Source of the DNA: Azolla caroliniana
Taxonomy: Eukaryota; Plantae; Polypodiophyta
DNA length: 64,000 nucleotides
Reading direction: 5' to 3'
Assembly (NCBI GenBank): GCA_043228905.1
Contig: JBHGNT010000043.1
Location: forward strand, 1-64,000
The position numbers were made by a program, and so were the translations under genes. The notes below the pieces were generated by a model. The model did not search any database. It was not told the origin of the DNA and worked only from the letters and a program-made list of their open reading frames with translations. Positions 1-14,230 of this stretch are shown one piece after another (position 1 is the stretch's first letter; every line of letters begins with the position of its first letter).

Positions 1-3000
1 AAATTTGCTAATTTCGTCATGTCTCTCTACCTGAGTTTCAAAATCTTGATTTTTTAATTCCATATCATAGCTAGCGTTGTTAGTTTCGATTTGCATGTTT
101 GAACACAAAAATCCGATATCACACGAGCCAGGTATCAACATTTTAATTTAGGTACTAGCTCTTCTCAACCACCTCCTCAAATTTGGTAATTTCGTCATGT
201 CTCTCGACCTGAGTTTCAAAATCTTGATTTCTTAATTGCATATCATAGCTAGCGTTCTTAGCTTCGATTCGGAGGTTTGAACACTAAAATCCGATATCAC
301 ACGAGCCACATATGAACATTTTAATTCACTCACGCGCTCTTCTCAACCACCTCCTCAAATTTGGTAATTTCGTCATGAATCTCGACCTGAGTTTTAAAAT
401 CTTGATTTTTTAATTCTATATCATAGCTAGCGTTGTTAGCTTGGATTCGCATGTTTGAACACAAAAATCCGATATCACACGAGCCACGTATGAACATTTT
501 AACTTTGCTACTAGCTCTTCTCAACCACCTCCTCAAATTTGGTAATTTCGTCATGTATCTCGACCTGAGTTTCAAAATCTTGATTTCTTAATTGCATATC
601 ATAGCTAGCGTTCTTAGCTTCGATTCGGAGGTTTGAACACTAAAATCTGATATCACACGAGCCACATATGAACATTTTAATTTACTCACGCGCTCTTCTC
701 AACCACCTCCTCAAATTTGGTAATTTCGTCATGTCTCTCGACCTGAGTTTCAAAATCTTGATTTTTTAATTCCATATCATAGCTAGCGTTGTTAGTTTCG
801 ATTTGCTTGTTTGAACACAAAAATCCGATAACACACGAGCCACGTATGAACATTTTAATTTAGCTACTAGCTCTTCTCAACCACCTCCTCAAATTTGGTA
901 ATTTCTTCATGTCTCTCGACCTGAGTTTCAAAATCTTGATTTTTTAATTCTATATCATAGCTAGCGCTGTTAGCTTCGATTCGCATGTTTGAACACAAAA
1001 ATCCGACATCACACGAGCTACATATGAACATTTTAATTTAGCTACTAGCTCTTCTCAACCACCTCCCCAAATTTGGTAATTTCGTCGTGTCTCTCGACCT
1101 GAGTTTTCAAGATCTTGATTTTTTAATTCCATATCATAGCTAGCGTTGTTAGTTTCGATTTGCTTGTTTGAACACAAAAATCCGATAACACACGAGCCAC
1201 GTATGAACATTTTAATTTAGCTCCTAGCTCTTCTCAACCACCTTCTCAAATTTGGTAATTTCTTCATGTCTCTCGACCTGAGTTTCAAAATCTTGATTTT
1301 TTAATTCCATATCATAGCTAGCGTTGTTAGCTTCGATTCGCATGTTTGAACACAAAATCTGATATCACACGAGCCAGGTATCAACATTTTAATTTAGGTA
1401 CTAGCTCTTCTCAACCACCTCCTCAAATTTGGTAATTTCGTCATGTCTCTCGACCTGAGTTTCAAAATCTTGATTTCTTAATTCTATATCATAGCTAGCG
1501 CTGTTAGCTTCGACTCGCATGTTTGAACACAAAAATCCGACATCACACGAGCCACATATGAACATTTTAATTTACTCACGCGCTCTTCTCAACCACCTCC
1601 TCAAATTTGGTAATTTCGTCATGTCTCTCGACCTGAGTTTCAAAATCTTGATTTTTTAATTCCATATCATAGCTAGCGTTGTTAGTTTCGATTTGCTTGT
1701 TTGAACACAAAAATCCGATAACACACGAGCCACGTATGAACATTTTAATTTAGCTACTAGCTCTTCTCAACCACCTCCTCAAATTTGGTAATTTCTTCAT
1801 GTCTCTCGACCTGAGTTTCAAAATCTTGATTTTTTAATTCTATATCATAACTAGCGTTGTTAGCTTCGATTCGCATGTTTGAACACAAAAATCCGATATC
1901 ACACGAGCCACGTATGAACATTTTAATTTACTCACGCGCTCTTCTCAACTCCCTCCTCAAATTTGCTAATTTCGTCATGTCTCTCTACCTGAGTTTCAAA
2001 ATCTTGATTTTTTAATTCCATATCATAGCTAGCGTTGTTAGTTTCGATTTGCATGTTTGAACACAAAAATCCGATATCACACGAGCCAGGTATCAACATT
2101 TTAATTTAGGTACTAGCTCTTCTCAACCACCTCCTCAAATTTGGTAATTTCGTCATGTCTCTCGACCTGAGTTTCAAAATCTTGATTTCTTAATTGCATA
2201 TCATAGCTAGCGTTCTTAGCTTCGATTCGGAGGTTTGAACACTAAAATCCGATATCACACGAGCCACATATGAACATTTTAATTCACTCACGCGCTCTTC
2301 TCAACCACCTCCTCAAATTTGGTAATTTCGTCATGAATCTCGACCTGAGTTTTAAAATCTTGATTTTTTAATTCTATATCATAGCTAGCGTTGTTAGCTT
2401 GGATTCGCATGTTTGAACACAAAAATCCGATATCACACGAGCCACGTATGAACATTTTAACTTTGCTACTAGCTCTTCTCAACCACCTCCTCAAATTTGG
2501 TAATTTCGTCATGTATCTCGACCTGAGTTTCAAAATCTTGATTTCTTAATTGCATATCATAGCTAGCGTTCTTAGCTTCGATTCGGAGGTTTGAACACTA
2601 AAATCTGATATCACACGAGCCACATATGAACATTTTAATTTACTCACGCGCTCTTCTCAACCACCTCCTCAAATTTGGTAATTTCGTCATGTCTCTCGAC
2701 CTGAGTTTCAAAATCTTGATTTTTTAATTCCATATCATAGCTAGCGTTGTTAGTTTCGATTTGCTTGTTTGAACACAAAAATCCGATAACACACGAGCCA
2801 CGTATGAACATTTTAATTTAGCTACTAGCTCTTCTCAACCACCTCCTCAAATTTGGTAATTTCTTCATGTCTCTCGACCTGAGTTTCAAAATCTTGATTT
2901 TTTAATTCTATATCATAGCTAGCGCTGTTAGCTTCGATTCGCATGTTTGAACACAAAAATCCGACATCACACGAGCTACATATGAACATTTTAATTTAGC

Positions 3001-3916
3001 TACTAGCTCTTCTCAACCACCTCCCCAAATTTGGTAATTTCGTCGTGTCTCTCGACCTGAGTTTTCAAGATCTTGATTTTTTAATTCCATATCATAGCTA
3101 GCGTTGTTAGTTTCGATTTGCTTGTTTGAACACAAAAATCCGATAACACACGAGCCACGTATGAACATTTTAATTTAGCTCCTAGCTCTTCTCAACCACC
3201 TTCTCAAATTTGGTAATTGCTTCATGTCTCTCGACCTGAGTTTCAAAATCTTGATTTTTTAATTCCATATCATAGCTAGCGTTGTTAGCTTCGATTCGCA
3301 TGTTTGAACACAAAATCTGATATCACACGAGCCAGGTATCAACATTTTAATTTAGGTACTAGCTCTTCTCAACCACCTCCTCAAATTTGGTAATTTCGTC
3401 ATGTCTCTCGACCTGAGTTTCAAAATCTTGATTTCTTAATTCTATATCATAGCTAGCGCTGTTAGCTTCGACTCGCATGTTTGAACACAAAAATCCGACA
3501 TCACACGAGCCACATATGAACATTTTAATTTACTCACGCGCTCTTCTCAACCACCTCCTCAAATTTGGTAATTTCGTCATGTCTCTCGACCTGAGTTTCA
3601 AAATCTTGATTTTTTAATTCCATATCATAGCTAGCGTTGTTAGTTTCGATTTGCTTGTTTGAACACAAAAATCCGATAACACACGAGCCACGTATGAACA
3701 TTTTAATTTAGCTACTAGCTCTTCTCAACCACCTCCTCAAATTTGGTAATTTCTTCATGTCTCTCGACCTGAGTTTCAAAATCTTGATTTTTTAATTCTA
3801 TATCATAACTAGCGTTGTTAGCTTCGATTCGCATGTTTGAACACAAAAATCCGATATCACACGAGCCACGTATGAACATTTTAATTTACTCACGCGCTCT
3901 TCTCAACTCCCTCCTC
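1..3916. repeat. 11-monomer HOR (1958 bp), two near-identical tandem copies
   Basis: The monomer starting aaatttgcta...ctctctacc occurs at 1, 1959 and 3917. Identical ORFs at 330 and 2288 are offset by 1958 = 11x178. Each unit has one 179-bp and one 177-bp monomer. I saw one difference, taattgc near 3218 versus taatttc near 1260. Confidence 0.93.
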
Positions 3917-6900
3917 AAATTTGCTAATTTCGTCATGTCTCTCTACCTGAGTTTCAAAATCTTGATTTTTTAATTCGATATCATAGCTAGCGTTGTTAGT
4001 TTCGATTCGCATGTTTGAACAAAAAAATCAGATATCACACGAGCCACGTATGGACATTTTAATTTAGCTACTAGCTCTTCTCAACCACCTCCTCAAATTT
4101 GGTAATTTCTTCATGTCTCTCGACCTGAGTTTTAAAATCTTGATTTTTTAATTCTATATCATAGCTAGCGTTGTTAGTTTCGATTTGCATGTTTGAACAC
4201 AAAAATCCGATATCACACGAGCCACGTATGAACATTTTAACTTTGCTACTAGCTCTTCTCAACCACCTCCTCAAATTTGGTAATTTCGTCATGTATCTCG
4301 ACCTGAGTTTCAAAATCTTGATTTCTTAATTGCATATCATAGCTAGCGTTCTTAGCTTCGATTCGGAGGTTTGAACACTAAAATCCGATATCACACGAGC
4401 CACATATGAACATTTTAATTTACTCACGCGCTCTTCTCAACCACCTCCTCAAATTTGGTAATTTCGTCATGTCTCTCGACCTGAGTTTCAAAATCTTGAT
4501 TTTTTAATTCCATATCATAGCTAGCGTTGTTAGTTTCGATTTTCTTGTTTGAACACAAAAATCCGATAACACACGAGCCACGTATGAACATTTTAATTTA
4601 GCTACTAGCTCTTCTCAACCACCTCCTCAAATTTGGTAATTTCTTCATGTCTCTCGACCTGAGTTTCAAAATCTTGATTTTTTAATTCTATATCATAGCT
4701 AGCGCTGTTAGCTTCGATTCGCATGTTTGAACACAAAAATCCGACATCACACGAGCCACATATGAACATTTTAATTTAGCTACTAGCTCTTCTCAACCAC
4801 CTCCCCAAATTTGGTAATTTCGTCGTGTCTCTCGACCTGAGTTTTCAAGATCTTGATTTTTTAATTCCATATCATAGCTAGCGTTGTTAGTTTCGATTTG
4901 CTTGTTTGAACACAAAAATCCGATAACACACGAGCCACGTATGAACATTTTAATTTAGCTACTAGCTCTTCTCAACCACCTTCTCAAATTTGGTAATTTC
5001 TTCATGTCTCTCGACCTGAGTTTCAAAATCTTGATTTTTTAATTCTATATCATAGCTAGCGTTGTTAGCTTCGATTCGGAGGTTTGAACACTAAAATCCG
5101 ATATCACACGAGCCACGTATGAACATTTTAATTTAGCTACTAGCTCTTCTCAACAACCTCCTCAAATTTGGTAATTTCTTCATGTCTCTTGACCTCAGTT
5201 TCAAAATCTTGATTTTTTAATTCCATATCATAGATAGCGTTGTTAGCTTCGATTTGCTTGTTTGAACACAAAAATCCCATATCACACGAGCCACGTATGA
5301 ACATTTTAATTTGGCTACTAGCTCTTCTCAACCACCTCCTCAAATTTGGTAATTTCGTCATGTCTCTCGACCTGAGTTTCAAAATCTTGATTTTTTAATT
5401 CCATATCATAGGTAGCGTTGTTAGTTTCGATTCGCATGTTTGAACACAAAAATCAGATATCACACGAGCCACATATGAACATTTTAATTTACTCACGCAC
5501 TCTTCTCAACTCCCTCCTCAAATTTGCTAATTTCGTCATGTATCTCTACCTGAGTTTCAAAATCTTGATTTTTTAATTCCATATCATAGCTAGCGTTGTT
5601 AGTTTCGATTTGCATGTTTGAACACAAAAATCCTATATCACACGAGCCACGTATGAAAATTTTAATTTGGCTACTAGCTCTTCTCAACCACCTCCTCAAA
5701 TTTAGTAATTTCGTCATGTCTCTCGACCTGAGTTTCAAAATCTTGATTTTTTAATTCTATATCATAGCTAGCGTTGTTAGCTTCGATTCGGAGGTTTGAA
5801 CACTAAAATCCGATATCACACGAGCCACGTATGAACATTTTAATTTAGCTACTAGCTCTTCTCAACCACCTCCTCAAATTTGGTAATTTCTTCATGTCTC
5901 TCGACCTGAGTTATAAAATCTTGATTTTTTTATTCTATATCATAGCTAGCGTTGTTAGCTTCGATTTGCATGTTTGAACACAAAAATCCGATATCACACG
6001 AGCCACGTATGAACATTTTAATTTACTCACGCGCTCTTCTCAACTCCCTCCTCAAATTTGGTAATTTCGTCATGTCTCTCGACCTGAGTTTCAAAATCTT
6101 GGTTTTTTAATTCCATATCATAGCTATCGTTGTTAGCTTCGATTCGCATCTTTGAACCCATAAATCCGATACGACACGAGCCAGGTATGAACATTTTAAT
6201 TTACCTACGCGGTCTTCTCAACTCACTCCTCAAATTTGGTAATTTCGTCATGTCTCTCGACCTGAGTTTCAAAATCTTGATTTTTTAATTCCATATCATA
6301 GATAGCGTTGTTAGCTTCGATTTGCTTGTTTGAACACAAAAATCCCATATCAAACGAGCCACGTATGAACATTTTAATTTGGCTACTAGCTCTTCTCAAC
6401 CACCTCCTCAAATTTGGTAATTTCGTCATGTCTCTCGACCTGAGTTTTAAAATCTTGTTTTTTTAATTCCATATCATAGCTAGTGTTGTTAGTTTCGATT
6501 TGCATGTTTGAACACAGAAATCCGATATCACACGAGCCACGTATGAACATTTTAATTTAGCTACTAGCTCTTCTGAACTCCCTCCTCAAATTTGGTAATT
6601 TCGTCATGTCTCTCGACCTGAGTTTCAATATCTTGATTTTTTAATTCTATATCATAGGTAGCGTTGTTAGTTTCGATTCGCATGTTTGAACACAAAAATC
6701 CGATATCATACGAGCCAGGTATCAACATTTCAATTTAGCTACTAGCTCTTCTCAACCAACTCCTCAAATTTGGTAATTTCGTCATGTCTCTCGACCTGAG
6801 TTTCAAAATCTTGATTTTCTAAATCCATATCATAGCTAGCGTTGTTAGCTTCGATTCGGAGGTTTGAACACTAAAATCCGACATCACACGAGCCACATAT

Positions 6901-8547
6901 GAACATTTTAATTTAGCTACTAGCTCTTCTCAACCACCTCCCCAAATTTGGTAATTTCGTCGTGTCTCTCGACCTGAGTTTTCAAGATCTTGATTTTTTA
7001 ATTCCATATCATAGCTAGCGTTGTTAGTTTCGATTTGCTTGTTTGAACACAAAAATCCGATATCACACGAGCCACGTATGAACATTTTAATTTAGCTACT
7101 AGCTCTTCTCAACCACCTCCTCAAATTTGGTAATTTCTTCATGTCTCTCGACCTGAGTTTCAAAATCTTGATTTTTTAATTCTATATCATAGCTAGCGTT
7201 GTTAGCTTCGATTCGCATGTTTGAACACAAAAATCCGATATCACACGAGCCACGTATGAACATTTTAATTTAGCTACTAGCTCTTCTCAACCACCTCCCC
7301 AAATTTGGTAATTTCGTCGTGTCTCTCGACCTGAGTTTTCAAGATCTTGATTTTTTAATTCCATATCATAGCTAGCGTTGTTAGTTTCGATTTGCTTGTT
7401 TGAACACAAAAATCCGATATCACACGAGCCACGTATGAACATTTTAATTTAGCTACTAGCTCTTCTCAACCACCTCCTCAAATTTGGTAATTTCTTCATG
7501 TCTCTCGACCTGAGTTTCAAAATCTTGATTTTTTAATTCTATATCATAGCTAGCGTTGTTAGCTTCGATTCGCATGTTTGAACACAAAAATCCGATATCA
7601 CACGAGCCACGTATGAACATTTTAATTTACTCACGCGCTCTTCTCAACTCCCTCCTCAAATTTGCTAATTTCGTCATGTCTCTCTACCTGAGTTTCAAAA
7701 TCTTGATTTTTTAATTCCATATCATAGCTAGCGTTGTTAGTTTCGATTGGCATGTTTGAACAAAAAAATCCGATATCACACGAGCCACGTATGAAAATTT
7801 TAATTTGGCTACTAGCTCTTCTCAACCACCTCCTCAAATTTGGTAATTTCTTCATGTCTCTCGACCTGAGTTTCAAAATCTTAATTTTTTAATTCTATAT
7901 CATAGCTAGCGTTCTTAGCTTCGATTCGAAGGTTTGAACACTAAAATCCGATATGACACGAGCCACATATGAACATTTTAATTTACTCACGCGCTGTTCT
8001 CAACCACCTCTTCAAATTTGGTAATTTCGTCATGTCTCTCGACCTGAGTGTCAAAATCTTGATTTTTTAATTCCATATCATAGCTAGCGTTGTTAGCTTT
8101 GATTCGCATGTTTGAACACAAAAATCCGATATCACACGAGCCATGTATGAACATTTTAACTTAGCTACTAGCTCTTCTCAACCACCTCCTCAAATTTGGT
8201 AATTTCGTCATGTATCTCGACCTGAGTTTCAAAATCTTGATTTTTTAATTCTATATCATAGGTAGCGTTGTTAGTTTCGATTCGCATGTTTGAACACAAA
8301 AATCCGATATCATACGAGCCAGGTACCAACATTTCAATTTAGCTACTAGCTATTCTCAACCACCTCCTCAAATTTGGTAATTTCGTCATGTCTCTCGACC
8401 TGAGTTTCAAAATCTTGATTTTCTAAATCCATATCATAGCTAGCGTTGTTAGCTTCGATTCGGAGGTTTGAACACTAAAATCCGACATCACACGAGCCAC
8501 ATATGAACATTTTAATTTAGCTACTAGCTCTTCTCAACCACCTCCCC

Positions 8548-11500
8548 AAATTTGGTAATTTCGTCGTGTCTCTCGACCTGAGTTTTCAAGATCTTGATTT
8601 TTTAATTCCATATCATAGCTAGCGTTGTTAGTTTCGATTTGCTTGTTTGAACACAAAAATCCGATATCACACGAGCCACGTATGAACATTTTAATTTAGG
8701 TACGAGCTCTTCTCAACCACCTCAAATTTGGTAATTTCTTCATGTCTCTCGACCTGAGTTTCAAAATCTTGATTTTTTAATTCCATATCATAGATAGCGT
8801 TGTTAGCTTCGATTCGGTTGTTTGAACAGAAAAATCCCATATCACACGAGCCACGTATGAACATTTTAATTTGGCTACTAGCTCTTCTCAACCACCTCCT
8901 CAAATTTGGTAATTTCGTCATGAATCTCGACCTGAGTTTTAAAATCTTGATTTTTTAATTCTATATCATAGCTAGCGTTGTTAGCTTCGATTCGGAGGTT
9001 TGAACACTAAAATCCGATATCACACGAGCCACATATGAACATTTTAATTTACTCACGCGCTCTTCTCAACCACCGCCTCAGATTTGGTAATTTCGTCATG
9101 TCTCTCGACCTGAATTTCAAAATCTTGTTTTTTTAATTCCATATCATAGCTAGCGTTGTTAATTTCGATTTGCTTGTTTGAACACAAAAATCCGTTATCA
9201 CACGAGCCACGTATGAATATTTAAATTTAGCTACTAGCTCTTCTCAACCACCTCCTCAAATTTGGTAATTTCTTCATGTCTCTCGACCTGAGTTTCAAAA
9301 TCTTGATTTTTTAATTCTATATCATAGCTAGCGTTGTTAGCTTCGATTTGCATGTTTGAACACAAAAATCCGATATCACACGAGCCACGTATGAACATTT
9401 TAATTTACTCACGCGCTCTTCTCAACTCCCTCCTCAAATTTGGTAATTTCGTCATGTCTCTCTACCTGAGTTTCAAAATCTTGATTTTTTAATTCCATAT
9501 CATAGCTAGCGTTGTTAGCTTCGATTCGCATGTTTGAACACAGAAATCCGATATCACACGAGCCACGTATGGACATTTTAATTTAGCTACTAGCTCTTCT
9601 CAACCACCTCCTCAAATTTGGTAATTTCCTCATGTCTCTCGACCTGAGTTTCAAAATCTTGATTTTTTAATTCTATATCATAGCTAGCGTTGTTAGCTTC
9701 GATTTGCATGTTTGAACACAAAAATCCGATATCACACGAGCCACGTATGAACATTTTAATTTACTCACGCGCTCTTCTCAACTCCCTCCTCAAATTTGGT
9801 AATTTCGTCATGTCTCTCGACCTGAGTTTCAAAATCTTGGTTTTTTAATTCCATATCATAGCTATCGTTGTTAGCTTCGATTCGCATCTTTGAACCCATA
9901 AATCCGATACGACACGAGCCAGGTATGAACATTTTAATTTACCTACGCGGTCTTCTCAACTCACTCCTCAAATTTGGTAATTTCGTCATGTCTCTCGACC
10001 TGAGTTTCAAAATCTTGATTTTTTAATTCCATATCATAGATAGCGTTGTTAGCTTCGATTTGCTTGTTTGAACACAAAAATCCCATATCAAACGAGCCAC
10101 GTATGAACATTTTAATTTGGCTACTAGCTCTTCTCAACCACCTCCTCAAATTTGGTAATTTCGTCATGTCTCTCGACCTGAGTTTTAAAATCTTGTTTTT
10201 TTAATTCCATATCATAGCTAGTGTTGTTAGTTTCGATTTGCATGTTTGAACACAGAAATCCGATATCACACGAGCCACGTATGAACATTTTAATTTAGCT
10301 ACTAGCTCTTCTGAACTCCCTCCTCAAATTTGGTAATTTCGTCATGTCTCTCGACCTGAGTTTCAATATCTTGATTTTTTAATTCTATATCATAGGTAGC
10401 GTTGTTAGTTTCGATTCGCATGTTTGAACACAAAAATCCGATATCATACGAGCCAGGTATCAACATTTCAATTTAGCTACTAGCTCTTCTCAACCAACTC
10501 CTCAAATTTGGTAATTTCGTCATGTCTCTCGACCTGAGTTTCAAAATCTTGATTTTCTAAATCCATATCATAGCTAGCGTTGTTAGCTTCGATTCGGAGG
10601 TTTGAACACTAAAATCCGACATCACACGAGCCACATATGAACATTTTAATTTAGCTACTAGCTCTTCTCAACCACCTCCCCAAATTTGGTAATTTCGTCG
10701 TGTCTCTCGACCTGAGTTTTCAAGATCTTGATTTTTTAATTCCATATCATAGCTAGCGTTGTTAGTTTCGATTTGCTTGTTTGAACACAAAAATCCGATA
10801 TCACACGAGCCACGTATGAACATTTTAATTTAGCTACTAGCTCTTCTCAACCACCTCCTCAAATTTGGTAATTTCTTCATGTCTCTCGACCTGAGTTTCA
10901 AAATCTTGATTTTTTAATTCTATATCATAGCTAGCGTTGTTAGCTTCGATTCGCATGTTTGAACACAAAAATCCGATATCACACGAGCCACGTATGAACA
11001 TTTTAATTTAGCTACTAGCTCTTCTCAACCACCTCCCCAAATTTGGTAATTTCGTCGTGTCTCTCGACCTGAGTTTTCAAGATCTTGATTTTTTAATTCC
11101 ATATCATAGCTAGCGTTGTTAGTTTCGATTTGCTTGTTTGAACACAAAAATCCGATATCACACGAGCCACGTATGAACATTTTAATTTAGCTACTAGCTC
11201 TTCTCAACCACCTCCTCAAATTTGGTAATTTTTCATGTCTCTCGACCTGAGTTTCAAAATCTTGATTTTTTAATTCTATATCATAGCTAGCGTTGTTAGC
11301 TTCGATTCGCATGTTTGAACACAAAAATCCGATATCACACGAGCCACGTATGAACATTTTAATTTAGCTACTAGCTCTTCTCAACCACCTCCCCAAATTT
11401 GGTAATTTCGTCGTGTCTCTCGACCTGAGTTTTCAAGATCTTGATTTTTTAATTCCATATCATAGCTAGCGTTGTTAGTTTCGATTTGCTTGTTTGAACA

Positions 11501-14230
11501 CAAAAATCCGATATCACACGAGCCATGTATGAACATTTTAACTTAGCTACTAGCTCTTCTCAACCACCTCCTCAAATTTGGTAATTTCGTCATGTATCTC
11601 GACCTGAGTTTCAAAATCTTGATTTTTTAATTCTATATCATAGGTAGCGTTGTTAGTTTCGATTCGCATGTTTGAACACAAAAATCCGATATCATACGAG
11701 CCAGGTACCAACATTTCAATTTAGCTACTAGCTCTTCTCAACCACCTCCCCAAATTTGGTAATTTCGTCGTGTCTCTCGACCTGAGTTTTCAAGATCTTG
11801 ATTTTTTAATTCCATATCATAGCTAGCGTTGTTAGTTTTGATTTGCTTGTTTGAACACAAAAATCCGATATCACACGAGCCACGTATGAACATTTTAATT
11901 TAGCTACTAGCTCTTCTCAACCACCTCCCCAAATTTGGTAATTTCGTCGTGTCTCTCGACCTGAGTTTTCAAGATCTTGATTTTTTAATTCCATATCATA
12001 GCTAGCGTTGTTAGTTTCGATTTGCTTGTTTGAACACAAAAATCCGATATCACACGAGCCACGTATGAACATTTTAATTTAGGTACGAGCTCTTCTCAAC
12101 CACCTCAAATTTGGTAATTTCTTCATGTCTCTCGACCTGAGTTTCAAAATCTTGATTTTTTAATTCCATATCATAGATAGCGTTGTTAGCTTCGATTCGG
12201 TTGTTTGAACAGAAAAATCCCATATCACACGAGCCACGTATGAACATTTTAATTTGGCTACTAGCTCTTCTCAACCACCTCCTCAAATTTGGTAATTTCG
12301 TCATGAATTTCGACCTGAGTTTTAAAATCTTGATTTTTTAATTCTATATCATAGCTAGCGTTGTTAGCTTCGATTCGGAGGTTTGAACACTAAAATCTGA
12401 TATCACACGAGCCACATATGAACATTTTAATTTACTCACGCGCTCTTCTCAACCACCGCCTCAGATTTGGTAATTTCGTCATGTCTCTCGACCTGAATTT
12501 CAAAATCTTGTTTTTTTAATTCCATATCATAGCTAGCGTTGTTAATTTCGATTTGCTTGTTTGAACACAAAAATCCGTTATCACACGAGCCACGTATGAA
12601 CATTTTAATTTAGCTACTAGCTCTTCTCAACCACCTCCTCAAATTTGGTAATTTCTTCATGTCTCTCGACCTGAGTTTCAAAATCTTGATTTTTTAATTC
12701 TATATCATAGCTAGCGTTGTTAGCTTCGATTTGCATGTTTGAACACAAAAATCCGATATCACACGAGCCACGTATGAACATTTTAATTTACTCACGCGCT
12801 CTTCTCAACTCCCTCCTCAAATTTGGTAATTTCGTCATGTCTCTCTACCTGAGTTTCAAAATCTTGATTTTTTAATTCCATATCATAGCTAGCGTTGTTA
12901 GCTTCGATTCGCATGTTTGAACACAGAAATCCGATATCACACGAGCCACGTATGGACATTTTAATTTAGCTACTAGCTCTTCTCAACCACCTCCTCAAAT
13001 TTGGTAATTTCCTCATGTCTCTCGACCTGAGTTTCAAAATCTTGATTTTTTAATTCTATATCATAGCTAGCGTTGTTAGCTTCGATTTGCATGTTTGAAC
13101 ACAAAAATCCGATATCACACGAGCCACGTATGAACATTTTAATTTACTCACGCGCTCTTCTCAACTCCCTCCTCAAATTTGGTAATTTCGTCATGTCTCT
13201 CGACCTGAGTTTCAAAATCTTGGTTTTTTAATTCCATATCATAGCTATCGTTGTTAGCTTCGATTCGCATCTTTGAACCCATAAATCCGATACGACACGA
13301 GCCAGGTATGAACATTTTAATTTACCTACGCGGTCTTCTCAACTCACTCCTCAAATTTGGTAATTTCGTCATGTCTCTCGACCTGAGTTTCAAAATCTTG
13401 ATTTTTTAATTCCATATCATAGATAGCGTTGTTAGCTTCGATTTGCTTGTTTGAACACAAAAATCCCATATCAAACGAGCCACGTATGAACATTTTAATT
13501 TGGCTACTAGCTCTTCTCAACCACCTCCTCAAATTTGGTAATTTCGTCATGTCTCTCGACCTGAGTTTTAAAATCTTGTTTTTTTAATTCCATATCATAG
13601 CTAGTGTTGTTAGTTTCGATTTGCATGTTTGAACACAGAAATCCGATATCACACGAGCCACGTATGAACATTTTAATTTAGCTACTAGCTCTTCTGAACT
13701 CCCTCCTCAAATTTGGTAATTTCGTCATGTCTCTCGACCTGAGTTTCAATATCTTGATTTTTTAATTCTATATCATAGGTAGCGTTGTTAGTTTCGATTC
13801 GCATGTTTGAACACAAAAATCCGATATCATACGAGCCAGGTATCAACATTTCAATTTAGCTACTAGCTCTTCTCAACCAACTCCTCAAATTTGGTAATTT
13901 CGTCATGTCTCTCGACCTGAGTTTCAAAATCTTGATTTTCTAAATCCATATCATAGCTAGCGTTGTTAGCTTCGATTCGGAGGTTTGAACACTAAAATCC
14001 GACATCACACGAGCCACATATGAACATTTTAATTTAGCTACTAGCTCTTCTCAACCACCTCCCCAAATTTGGTAATTTCGTCGTGTCTCTCGACCTGAGT
14101 TTTCAAGATCTTGATTTTTTAATTCCATATCATAGCTAGCGTTGTTAGTTTCGATTTGCTTGTTTGAACACAAAAATCCGATATCACACGAGCCACGTAT
14201 GAACATTTTAATTTACTCACGCGCTCTTCT
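8548..14230. repeat. Block duplication at 3383-bp (19-monomer) offset: about 8548-10850 repeated at about 11931-14230
   Basis: ORF pairs 8691/12074 and 9961/13344 are both offset by 3383. Shared private variants are ggtacgagc with a 3-bp deletion, caccgcctcagattt and tccgttatc. Confidence 0.85.
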
